DNA of 64,000 bases. Origin: Paraspadella gotoi (lineage: Eukaryota; Animalia; Chaetognatha). This document shows positions 1 through 14,615 of the stretch, piece after piece. Where the stretch lies: contig CM119268.1 in NCBI GenBank assembly GCA_051294375.1, positions 17,362,502 through 17,426,501 on the forward strand. Direction: 5' to 3'. The stretch's first letter is position 1, and each line of letters begins with the position of its first letter. Below the pieces are notes generated by a model. That model ran no database searches. It had not been told where the DNA came from and was given only the letters and a program-made list of their open reading frames with translations. The position numbers and the translations under genes were made by a program.

Positions 1-60
1 AGAGGTGACGCCTTTCTTTTATTCCGTAGTGACGGGAGTCTCATTTCACTTGCTTCTTCT

Positions 61-129
<69 letters not shown>

Positions 130-940
130 CCTCCCTTTCAACCTCTTTTCCAATTATCGACCACGAATACCAGAAAAGGACTTTTTATCCTCGTTTTACT
201 TTCCGAAGCGATTGACGATTATTCGAAGAACACACCGAACGAGAAAGCTAATTTATTTATTATTATATTTGTTTATTTATCAATTATTGCACTATTTAAA
301 ACTGTTATTATTTTATAATTAAGAATAAAAAAATTAACTACTACTATCTTTATAAAAACAAACAAAACATCATAACGAAGATATTCAACTTTACCAAATC
401 CTCTAAACCCCTTTTTTTTCAANNNNNNNNNNNNNNNNNNNNNNNNNGTTGTCGCCTCGGAACAGTTGGCGGCCGCAAGAAGGGTGACGTTGGTTATCAC
501 AGAATTGAGAGTCGAAGTGGCGGTGGTGGCGTAGGCGTCGGCGAAGTTAAGCCAATCACGCAGAGGATGCCGCCTGAGGGGGGAGGGGGGGTGAGGGGTG
601 GAGTGGGGGGCGGTGAGTGGGAGGGGGGCGTGGTGCGAGTTACGAGCGATGGTATTTGAAAAAAAAGGGGTTTAAGGATTTGGTAAAGTTGAATATCTTC
701 GTTATGATGTTTTGTTTGTTTTATATAAGAATAGTAGTAGTTAATTTTTTATTCTTAATTATAAAAATAATAACAGTTTTAAATAGTGCAATAATTGATA
801 AATAAACAAATATAATAATAAATAAATTAGCTTCTCGTTCGGTGTGTTTTCGAATAATCGTCAATCGCTTCGGAAAGTAAAACGAGGATAAAAAGTCCTT
901 TTCTGGTATTCGTGGTCGATAATTGGAAAAGAGTTGAAGG

Positions 941-1018
<78 letters not shown>

Positions 1019-1097
1019 AGAGAGAGAGAGAGAAGAAAGAAGAAGCGAGTGAAATGAGACTCCCGTCACTACGGAATAAAAGAAAGGCGTCACCTCT
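1..1097. repeat. Inverted duplication (1-422 versus ~659-1097) flanking an N-gap
   Basis: Window start AGAGGTGACGCCTTTCTTTTATTCCGTAGTGACGGGAG is the reverse complement of the sequence ending at 1097; the match continues to the gap at 423-447. Confidence 0.9.
448..574 (-). CDS. Probable internal exon of an unidentified gene, truncated by the gap
   Basis: GC-rich, preceded on the minus strand by a C-rich tract and CAG; one open frame RHPLRDWLNFADAYATTATSTLNSVITNVTLLAAANCSEAT. No family recognised. Confidence 0.3.
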
Positions 1098-1248
1098 TGC
1101 AACTTCGCTGCTCCAATCAAAAGGCGATGTGTTGAAGAGACGATATCTCGCTCTCTCTCCTTCTTTCTCGGTTGCTTTCACTTTCTCGCTCTCTGTCTAT
1201 CATTTGAAAGGTTCTCTCTAAGAGCAAGACGGTTTTGACCCCTCTCCC

Positions 1249-1317
<69 letters not shown>

Positions 1318-1555
1318 CACTCATATCCGGGGTCTTTTGCGTTCAGGGTCACGTGTAAGGCGATATAACTCGTCTTGGTCGAACGCGAGTTTTTAGTTCG
1401 GCGATTCGACCTTGTTAGAGACTGGAGTCGCGAGTTGATGGGAAGTTAAAGGTAAGGTCAGGTGGGGAGGGAGAGTGGGTAAGTGGTCAGGGTCAATTTG
1501 GTGTACAGGTGGAGTCAAATGTTAAAAAAAAGGGTCGTGGTCATTGACTGGTCAA

Positions 1556-2184
1556 TAAGGCGTAGTGAAAGTTACATACAAAAATTCTAAAAGTCAATTA
1601 TGAACAACATACCATCAGTGAACATTAATTTGTAAAAAAAATTAATTTTATGTTTTTTAATTTTCGCAGTAGGCTATATTTATATATAGTACTATCCTTA
1701 TAAAATCAAAAAATTTCAAAATAGGCTTTTCTTAATTTTATTGCAGATTTGAATTCCTCGTTAAAAGTTGATAAAAGAAAATATAAATCATTTTAAAAAA
1801 TTCTTTCATTAAGTAGGTAAAATTTAAAAAACGGTATTTAAATTAAAATTAAAATTAAAATTTAAATTAATTTTAATATATAAAAAGTTGATTTTCAGTT
1901 TAAAATATAGCTTTTTCTAATTTTTGACCCACTTAATGAAGGAATTTTCAAAAAGAGAGTTGTATTTCTTTTTATCAACTTTTATGACGAATCCAAATCT
2001 GCAAAAAAATCTTAGAAAAAACTGTTTTGAAATTTTAACTATTATTCATTTAGGCCTACTGCGTAAATTGTAAAATTTATTATAAATTTTTTTTATACAT
2101 AAATGTTCATGAGTATAATGTTGTTCGTTCTTTACCTTTAGAATTTTAATTAAAAGTTAAACTTAAGAATTTTACTACGCCTTA
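1556..2184. mobile_element. Fold-back MITE (non-autonomous DNA transposon) with 8-bp TSD
   Basis: Termini TAAGGCGTAGTGAAA ... TTTTACTACGCCTTA; imperfect inverted symmetry over most of its length (CGCAGTAGGC/GCCTACTGCG, TTGCAGATTTG/CAAATCTGCAA); direct repeat CTGGTCAA at 1548-1555 and 2185-2192. Confidence 0.85.
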
Positions 2185-2517
2185 CTGGTCAAGTAAAGTG
2201 GAAAATAGATGATAGGGCTGAGAATTCTAATATTGTAGATAAGAGAAGTCTAATATTGTAGATAATATTGAGAAAATGCTTAATAATATTTTCCTTTATA
2301 CGGGTTCGGGTTTGAAGCCGGATCTATGTTGTTGGTTGTGATTGTGTTCTTTATGGAAACTACATATTTTGCGTGAGTCCTCACGTCCTTCACCTCGGTT
2401 CCAACGCGGAATCACTTTGATATCAAAATTCCGAATGAACACATTTCTCGTTACTTTCCCGCCCTCCCTCTGCTCTCCCCATCACGGTCTTTCCGAAAAA
2501 TCTGGGTTTCACCCAAT

Positions 2518-2765
2518 GTGGTTTCTTTAACTCATTTTATTTCTTCCTTTTTCGCCGCCACCGCCGCAGCGACCGCCACCCCCCTGATCGCCGGCGTCAC
2601 CGGGGCGACCGCCTCCGTCCTCGACTACAACAACGACAAGCCGGCGTGTCATTCGGAATGTCCGTTGGACGCGGAGAGGGAGAGCCTCGTCTTCGTCTTG
2701 AGAAATGAGACGAAGACAAAGGAGAAGAAGGAGAGGAACGAGATCGCGTACAACGTCATTCACAG
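2518..2765 (+). CDS. Putative exon of an unidentified gene
   Basis: GC-rich open frame (…AATAAATATPLIAG…KPACHSECPLD…AYNVIH) ending at CAG|GTGAGA; start and partner exons unclear. Confidence 0.35.
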
Positions 2766-3455
2766 GTGAGAGAGAGAGAGAGGGAGGGGGAGGGAGAGAA
2801 GGAGGAAGGGAGAGAAGGGAGAGGAGGAGAGAGAGAAGTAGGAAGGGAGAAAAGGAGGAGGGAGAGAAGGAGGAGGGAGAGAAGGAAGAAGGGTAAATGG
2901 AATCGGGTGGATTAAGTGGAAGGAAGAAACGGGGAAAAATATAGTGAACAGTAGAAACAGAAAGAAAAACAGTCACACACGAAGAGAGATAAAAAGACAA
3001 AAAAGACGCCAAATAAAATATTGTTTTTAAAAAAAGAATCGCTCTCTTGGCACCTTTGACCTTTGACTTTATCTCTTCATAAACTTCACAATTTTTTCAT
3101 AATAAACACGAAAACTTACGGTTCGTTTTTTCGGTTGTCAGTGAGCGAAAGTAAATTTTCTGATTTCCAAATAAGCGTATTATTTTTTTGGAGGGGGGGA
3201 AGTTTCAAATTTTTGTGAGTTTTTACTTTGTTTTGCCAACAATGCAACACGTTATCCATACAATTGTCCATATAATTGTCTAAAAACCAAGAAAAGGTAA
3301 ACGGAACAAAAACAAATATTTTTTTTTTAGTTAACATTTCATTTAAACCCATTAGCTTTCTTCGCTTCAACGCTTCGTAGTTTTGTTTATTTAAATATTG
3401 TTGGAAGAAGCGCGATTTAAATTGTAGAGGGAGTCCAAGATTGATCAGCATAATT

Positions 3456-6381
<2,926 letters not shown>

Positions 6382-7017
6382 CTAGAGTGCCCAGGTGGGA
6401 AGAAAGAAAGGGAAAGGCGTTACTGACTTTGAAAATATCAGGAAAAAGGCTGAAAAAAAAGAGAAAAAGAAGAGAAAAAAAACTGAGTATCTGGGGAGTT
6501 GAAATAAAAAACGGGTTTTTAACTTAAAAAGAGAAAAAAAATACTAGGAATAAAAAAAAGAGTTGTGAATAGAGTAAAAAAAAAGTCATTAATGATAAAA
6601 ACGAGAGAAGCATAATTTTAGTGATGAAGATAAAAATTTAATATTATTCTAATGTTATTCTAATGTTATTCTTATTATGAAGATAAAAAGTAAATGTTGT
6701 TCTAACTCCATAGACGCAGAAATGACAAGATAGATGAGTCGTTTTTTCCGTAGCTAAAGAAAAAAAAAGATAAATTTCCCGCGCAAAGTCGATGAAGTGA
6801 CGAAGCGATGAGGATCATTAAACTTCATCACCGTCGATCGTTGACGGTGAATCGCCTCCAAAATATCACCGCCACAATTCCTTATGTAATAATATTACTA
6901 CTAGTTGGAAAATGCTGTTCGGACTCAACTTATAGGCCCAGGGTTCTCGGCCCGTAAGCGAGTCGGGCAGGTCAAACTATCGGTAGCATACTGCCGACTC
7001 CAGAATTTCGGTTTGCA

Positions 7018-8035
7018 AGTCAAGGGACGCAAAAATGTCACGGACCCGCCGCACAAAACCTCTTTTTAAAATGAGGTGATGGGTTATGGCCTGAATCCCT
7101 CTTACAAGATAATAACATAGCAGGACCCTTCAAGCTTCAATCAAGACTCTCTCACAGTCTCGTTTATTCACTCCCAGAGTACCTTGCTTCGATGAAGTGG
7201 TATAATATTTCAAAGAAGGTTTCAATTGAGCTTGGATCATAAAAAGGAGACAAGATATCACTTTGATTCACCAAAGAAAAAAACAAAATGAACCAATCAA
7301 TACTTGCAAAGCAATCAAGCTTGCTCACCATCTCCAGTGGCGAATTGCTTGACGGGCACGAAGTTGCTCCCGAAGAAGAGAACTGATACTCCGCAGGCGG
7401 CGAATCCGAGTCCTTGCGATATCGTGTCGTTGCTCGTCGAGTTGCCCGACGCGTAAATCGCCCAGTCGGGCGAGGAGTACGAGTGGAATTCCATTTTTTA
7501 ATAAAAATCGTGGAATTAAAAGGATAAATTGTTGCCAAGCATAAATTGGAAACTGGCTTGTGTTTATTTTACTTTTTTTATATTTTTTTTATCGTATTGT
7601 GTTTTTTGGGATCGCTTGGTTTGGTTTTGTCTTTTATTTTTAATTTATTTTTTTATTTGTAGGATTTGTTTCTGCGACTGTTTCGGAATCTCAATCCAAA
7701 TTATTTTCGGTTGTCGATTTCGCTTTCTTAATTATCTTCGATTTTTGATTTCACCCGACTTAGAGGCAGCTCTGACAATCGCGTCCATTTATCGCGTTAT
7801 CTGTTTTATCGCGTTTATCGTTTTACCACTTAATCCGTTTTATCTTTTTTCTTTCTTTGAGCCGATCGATGATGTTTGAGAATTAAGAGTATAGTTTATT
7901 TGAATCGTTTTATAATTGCAGTACGTGTTCGATAATTAAACAAGTCCTGAACGGGATTCATACGAAATATATCATTTAGTTCGTATTATACATTATCCTC
8001 AATTTCCTGGAGAAACCGGGTCCTGGTTCGTCACA
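7018..8035 (-). mobile_element. LTR (7036-8035) of an LTR retrotransposon with adjacent PBS-like site
   Basis: Minus strand begins TGTGACGAACC and ends GGTCCGTGACA (9/11 inverted match); AATAAA about 130 nt before the end; followed by TTTTTGCGTCCCT, resembling a primer-binding site TGGCGTCCCT. Confidence 0.6.
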
Positions 8036-9033
8036 TGATTATTGTTCAGAATTCAAAGCGAGACCCACGCAAAAGACAAGGATCGAGTTTATCTTTTTCT
8101 GCCCCTTTTAATTTAAGCTCTCCTTCTCTTCTCTTCTTCTTCCTCTTCCTCGAAATGTTATTCTTCTTCTTTTAGTTATTCTTCTTTATGTTTTTCTCTT
8201 CTTCTCCTTCGACACAAATAGAGTCATAACAACCGGCAGCAATCCTGCGCCGTTGAGACTGACTGCGCCGCGGCGTCCTGTCGAACTGCGGATTCAGCGG
8301 TGGTTGGAGGTTTTGGGTAGTGGAAACTGATTTAATAGTATAATTGTTTTATTGGTAGCCGAGAATAAACTATAGAATGGATGATTGGATAATTAGAAAC
8401 GCCTTCTTTCTCTCAAAAAGATTAAGTTTCTATTAAATTGGTAACAATTACTGTCTCTTCACAGATATATAAAATTATCCATACATTCAATAAATAAGCG
8501 CTCATTTACATTGTATTCATTTACTATCTAGTATTTACGAATTTACGTTGTTGTTTCCCCCATCCCAGATTTTATCTACTAAAACTAAGTTATCACATCG
8601 GACCATAATTTTACGTCACAAATAGTGCAGTAACATGCAAAGCTGATAGGTGAATTTTAAGAAATTGCACATTAGATTTTCATCGTTAGCGAAATTGTTA
8701 TGGTAAGCCGTCAGGGGAATAATTAGCAATTCTCTGGTTTAAAAAAAGTTTTTAAACGAGGCACCCCGACGCAACTCTCCCCGCCCTTAAGTTAATTCCT
8801 TCACAACGAGGAAACAGGAGAGATATTTACGGAAGTGAGACAGAGACAACGACAGAGTTAGAGTCGCGCACCCGCGATAGAAATCCATTGAGGATTGTTT
8901 TTTTTTGTGTGTACCAGAAATTGATTGTCCTTTTTGCGGAAAGCTGACGTACATACTGTATGTTAGGATGGTAAAAATAAATATTTTGAAAAAAAATCGT
9001 AAGAAATAAATACAAAAAGAAAAGAAATTGAAG

Positions 9034-9074
<41 letters not shown>

Positions 9075-9748
9075 TGTGTGAGTCAGTGTATAGAGAATAA
9101 AAACAAAATCCGAAAGAAAATATTAGCGCCTTGAAACTGATGTATGCCTGATGCCTGATGTATAAACAAGAGAAAACAGGAACAGCATCGAGTCAACAAC
9201 AACAGGACAACAAACCACAAACCACAAAGACATTCCCACAGTCTCCATTTCTCGGAAATCAACGTCGGTTTTGAACGGAGACTCGTCGAAGAACCGCGTC
9301 AAATATTTACGACGTCGAACGCCATCGAGGGCGGTGGCGGGAGTGGTCGGGAGTGGTCGGGAGTGGTTTTGTGACAGCATTGTGGTTTAGGGATGGGAAT
9401 GTGAGGGGTATGGGTAGATGGGTGAGGCTTTTGTGACAAGAATTAAATTGAATAGTCTATACTAGAGGAAAACAGGGCCACTTTGATAAACCTTTCCCAT
9501 TAGTTGTATTTTTTCTGAATTACAATAAAAAAATGTCTTTACTATCTTTATTTTATCCGTATCATTTTAAAACTCATTGACAAGTTTTTTCTCAAAAATA
9601 AAAAAAAAAATTGGTGATGTTATTGTTACGGCATTTTTTTTCCTTTTACAGTTTTTTTTATTTAATATTTTTTAATCATTTTTCTTTTGTTTTTTTTACA
9701 TTCTATCCTTATTATCTGTTCACAAATTCCCCTTAACGTCCTCCGCAG

Positions 9749-12684
9749 CATGACCTACATCGGGCCGATCCTGATGGGCATCGGATGCTTCATCATCATC
9801 GCCGCCGTCGTCACTTTTTTCGAGGAACGAGACAAAAACGTCAAACGGACGTCGCAGCCCAAAACGGACGTCGTCAAGAATCCCAAGGTGGGCGTGGCTA
9901 AAGGGTGGCTGGACTCGAGAGCGAGGGTGCGCGGTTGGATCCGAATATAAAACACTTAAAAAGAACATACAAAGTAGGTCTTACACGAATCATTAATATC
10001 AAAAAGAGTTTGGAAATCATTAAGAGAGAAATACGTAATACAGTTATGTCAATATCAATAAGTTGCAAAACTGAACCGTCGCAAAAACCTAGAAGAACTC
10101 AATTGCTTGATCATTTAAAATATATTGTTAGAGCAATTATCATCATATTTTAAATCTCTTCCTCAGGATCTCTTCTACGAAAACATGATCCATGACTACA
10201 TGGAGGATCTGAGACGACACACTGCCGTCGGCGACGCCGGCGGGGGTGAAGAGGCCGCCGACGACTACGACGACGAAGGCGACGACGAAAAGCGGCGTCT
10301 TCTGGCGGGCGCCGGCGCCGAGGGCGTCAACCGGCGCTCTCGAGAGGGAAGCAAAGACGCCGTTGGTAGCCTCGTCTTCGCCAACAATTTCGTGCCTAAA
10401 GAAGAAGCTTTTACTCACGCGGGAGCAGGTCAGTCTGGCTGTCCGTCCGTGTGTCGGAGCGTCCGGTTTTTAGTTTGGACGAGTCCTTGCGACACTTCAG
10501 ATGGGTTTTTTTTTAATCTGCCAGTATTTTTCTCTTTAGAACTGTGTGTCGGTTTGCTTTCCAATTGTTGGTCTAGCATTTTTGAACAAAACTAATAACA
10601 ACCTTTATTGAATTAATTTGGAATAGATAATGTAATAATAAACTTAACAATTTAAAAGAATACATGCGCGGATATATCGAGCGCTAAGGTGTTTTTAAGC
10701 GCTAACGTCTTTCGCGGCACCGAATACGAAACGCTAAATGGTTTTTCCACTATGGTGAGAATCGAGTGCGAAAGTCGAGGCGCGGGTGAACGGGTGAGCG
10801 GGTGAGCGGGTGAGCCCATCGCCCATGGGTTATTTGAACGTGAGGAAGAGAAGTGGGAACAAGGAGAGAAGGAAATGAGGGAATGAAAATCAAAGAAAGA
10901 AGGAAATGTTGAGAAGTGAGAAAATGGAAAGGAGGAAAAGAAAGAAGGGCGACTAGAAAAACGGAGGTGGAAAAGATAGAAGGAAGAAATAAAGTTTAGG
11001 AAAGTTAAAGAGAAAAGGAAGATAGGATAGCTGCGAGAAGAGAAATGGTTAAATAATAAGTTTAAGAAAGGAGTGGCCGACAATATGTCTTCTGTCTAGA
11101 CCCGATGCTCATTGTTTATAAAACTCAAACTTTATTTTCAGTTTTGTTTATTTTTGTTTCAAGTAATTCATTTGGTTCTTCGGCTTAAAGGAGCCAACTT
11201 GAACACTTCGATTTTTGCGCTAGAGTCCAAGAAAGAAAAAAAAAGAGGAAAGAAAGAAATGAAAAATCTTCCGCTTTTTATCCGCGGGAAAAATTTTCTC
11301 CTCTCTCTCGCATTATCTCGGTGAATTGTTTATGACCCCACGTTTGGTTCCGACGGGGGTTCCTTCTTTCCTCCTCTTTTCCTCCTTTTACCGAACCTTC
11401 GTTTTCTATTTTTTTTTGTTGAAAATCCATTTCTTCTTTTCGTCGAACCTCCCTTTCCACCATCCTCTGACCCTTCCTTTCTTTTTAAATTCTAACCTCC
11501 CTTTCCTCCTTTCTTCGAACCTCCTTTTTTTCCTTTCTTTGACCATCCCTTTCCCTTTTTTTGAACTTTCCTTTCCTCCTTTCTCCAAACCTGCCTTTCC
11601 TTTTTCGGTTTAATTCGCTCATAAATTCGTTCACCGTTCAACCATTCCTCGCCTATTCCTTTTTCATTCTCCCCCACATATTTTTTTTTCTAGCTCGTAT
11701 TCTCGACATCCATTTTTTCCTCTTTTTTTTCCATTTTTTCCTCGGCCATTCATCGTCATCCATTTTTCACGCTTTTCAATGCGGAGATGCTTTCGACTGG
11801 CGGACATGAGCTTTAAACAAGGACCCTCTCGTCGAGTCGGAATATCACCCAAAAATTTCTGTCATAGGATTTTTGCGGAGATTTAAAGAACGTCAGTGGA
11901 TTTTTTGGGTTTCTCGCAGATTTCTTGTAAACATACGTGCATATATTGGTGTTTGAAAGCTCCGCTCAATCTCAGAGCGTTTGAATTAAGCTTTAATGTC
12001 ATATAAGCGTCACAATTTATATTGATTTCATTGAGATATTGACTAATGACTAATGACTATAAATTCAATTATACACTTTTGTCTCTTATTCAACCATCAT
12101 TGATAATTGCTCTTATGTTTGCTTTCCTCTTCCTGCCCAACCATTACCCCCTCCCCTTCATCTCCTTCCCCCTCAACAGAAACCCCCGTTCGCCCCCCCT
12201 CGGCGGCGTCGAATCGTCGACCGGCATCGTCCGACTCCAGACGCGGCGTCGCGCGGAGTAAGCGCGGACGCGGCGCCGCCACCGCCCTGCCGACCTCGCC
12301 AACGCCGCCGCCGCCGCCGCCCACCGCGGCCTCATCGTCGACAGCCAAAAAACGCAGCCTCAGCGGGCAAAAAGGCGGGCGGCGCGGTGCCAAGATCCAG
12401 CCTGCCGAAGAAGGCGCCGCCGCCGACGACGAGGTCGACGACGCGGGCCAATGGGGCGTCGTTGAGTGGAAGAACGGCCAATCGGCGAGCGGGATATTGG
12501 ACCAATCAGCTGGCGCGGCGATGAATCGTCGAATGGGCGAAGCCGGGAACGACGACGACGCCGGGGACGACGGTGTGACGCCGGTGGAAGCCTTCGTCGC
12601 GCCTGCGCTGAATGAAAGAGAACGCGGAGTAGAAAAAAAAAAACAAAAAAACAAAAGGGGAAAAACAAAGAGTGAATGCGCCCT

Positions 12685-12756
<72 letters not shown>

Positions 12757-12811
12757 AGAGAGAGAAAGCAAAGTGGGTGGAGAGGAACTAATGAACCGAA
12801 AAGGAAGCTAA
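9749..12811 (+). CDS. TMEM200-like (DUF2371) membrane protein, partial
   Basis: Exons 9749-9887 (MTYIGPILMGIGCFIIIAAVVTFFEERDK, resembling the TMEM200 GPxxMGIGxFxxIxA…ExRDK motif), 10167-10428 and 12180 onward join in phase; upstream exons and exact 3' end uncertain. Confidence 0.6.
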
Positions 12812-12997
12812 TTGACTTTTACTTCCCTCTATTTTTCCACCTTTATTTCCTTTTTACTTTCTCGTAAAAACAACTCAGTTCTTTATTTTCTTTTTTTTTT
12901 TTTATCTTTGGTCCATTTTATTTTTTACTTTTCATTTTTTCCATCGAGGTTTTATTTCGTCCTCAAGCGACGATTAGCAGATAATTAATTTTATTCT

Positions 12998-13083
<86 letters not shown>

Positions 13084-14368
13084 TGTGTCTCCCTATCTCT
13101 CTCTGTTTTCCTCTTTCTCTGCTCTCTATCTCTCTTTCTCTTTCCGTTCTCTTCAATATTCATCACTCTCTTTATTTCTTTCAACAACCAAGCAAGCTTG
13201 TTAACCCCGAACTCTTTTTCCTGAACACAGTTTTTCACATCACATGATACGTATCTTTTTTCTCTTGTCATTGCGTTGTCGTCGTTGATATTATTCTTGT
13301 TTTTACCACTGTTCGATCCGCCTGCTATGCAAGCCGATATTTGAGAACGTTTGGACGGTCTTCTGTGCAAAAAAAAACAAAAACAAAAAAAGACATGATT
13401 TCTTGGATTGTAAATGGATTACAATGTCCTAATCGTCTTAATGATTTTGATTAGCCAGGTTGCCAGTATTATGGCATCGTAAACATATCATTTATTTAAG
13501 TAATAAATTTGAGATAGTTGAGCGAATTTTACGCAAAATCTAAAATTCTGATTGTGTCGATTCTTGATTATTCTAGATAATGAACAAGAGAAGGAATCTA
13601 TCGTCTTTGTTTGGTCATTAAATTTCCCTTTGTCGTATGTAGAAGTAGCACGAGCTGCAATTTTTTTCCTGAGTTGATGGTGACCAATAATTTATAGGGT
13701 AATTGCCGTGTACATTGGCAGCAACTATTAAAGCTTTCGTTGGTTTCTATAGGATCTATAATGTGACATTTTGAGGCAGGGATTGCATCGTTTTAAAAAG
13801 AAATTGACACCATTAATATGTTAAGACTAAAATTTGGAGGAAAGCATGCCATTGCTGACGTCCATCGTGCAATTATTAACATTAACTGATTAAGTTAGAA
13901 GGCATGGGTAACCTCCATCGAATGCATTAAGTATGTCGACATGGATGGCACCCTCAACATGGACCACGTTTATTTTTTTTTTCGCGCATGGTTGGCATCG
14001 TTAACGAGATCAACGGAGTCCGACGACCTTCATCCGGTTTTCACCCCAAGCGAAGATTGTTTACGAGGTCGTAGCTTTGTCCCGACGGAGAGCGTGGCAA
14101 GGGAGTGGCAGGGAATTGGCAGTGAAGTGGCGGTGGAGTGGCACGGACGTGGCGATAGAGTAATACGGAATTAGCTGTGAAGTGACAAAATGTGTGACGG
14201 AATAAAAATGACAGGCTTTGACTTGAAAGCGGAATCGTATTTTTTCAAATGAATTTACGAATGTCATTTATTTAAACGATTGACTAATCTGAAAAAAGTT
14301 TTTAGAGTACTCGGTCGGTTAGTAGGTCGGTTGTAGCGGTAGTATTTCATACCCCGTTACTCGTCCGA

Positions 14369-14615
14369 GAATCAGCAGCACCTATGGCGCCGGAGGTAGC
14401 ACGAGCTCCTCCCAACCCAAAGGACTCGGGTTCGCGCCCTGCTGATTCACACAAGTAAAAGCGGGACGGGGCGTCTAACCCACCTGTAGTGTCGGACTAC
14501 AGCCCGATCCGAAGTTCGGGACCTTGTGTGCAACGGACGGTAAACTGCTCGCGGCATCGTCTTCCACACGGTCGGTATATCTGGCCGTCGGTCTGGCCCA
14601 CTAACGCATATAATT
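14369..14615 (+). mobile_element. tRNA-derived SINE-like element carrying a predicted twister ribozyme, copy 1
   Basis: A-box-like TGGCGCCGGAGG, CTCCCAA anticodon-like loop, B-box-like GGTTCGCGCCC; collinear with 54310-54495 including tail CACTAACGCATATAATT. Confidence 0.75.
14448..14530 (+). ncRNA. Predicted twister ribozyme, type-P5 permutation, minimal P1
   Basis: P5 CACACAAG/CUUGUGUG; GA-CGGG; UAA-CCC-AC; P3 CUGUAGU/ACUACAG; P4 CCCGA/UCGGG with loop UCCGAAGU; T1 UCCG:CGGG; T2 AC:GU. Predicted cleavage between 14476 and 14477. Confidence 0.8.

Noticed and set aside
7164-7538. 124-aa Arg-rich ORF
   Set aside because: Lies inside the predicted LTR; no splice context or recognisable domain.
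14545-14610. HDV-like ribozyme downstream of twister copy 1
   Set aside because: A UCCACAC loop-like motif exists but no convincing P1, P2 or P1.1; mostly absent from copy 2.
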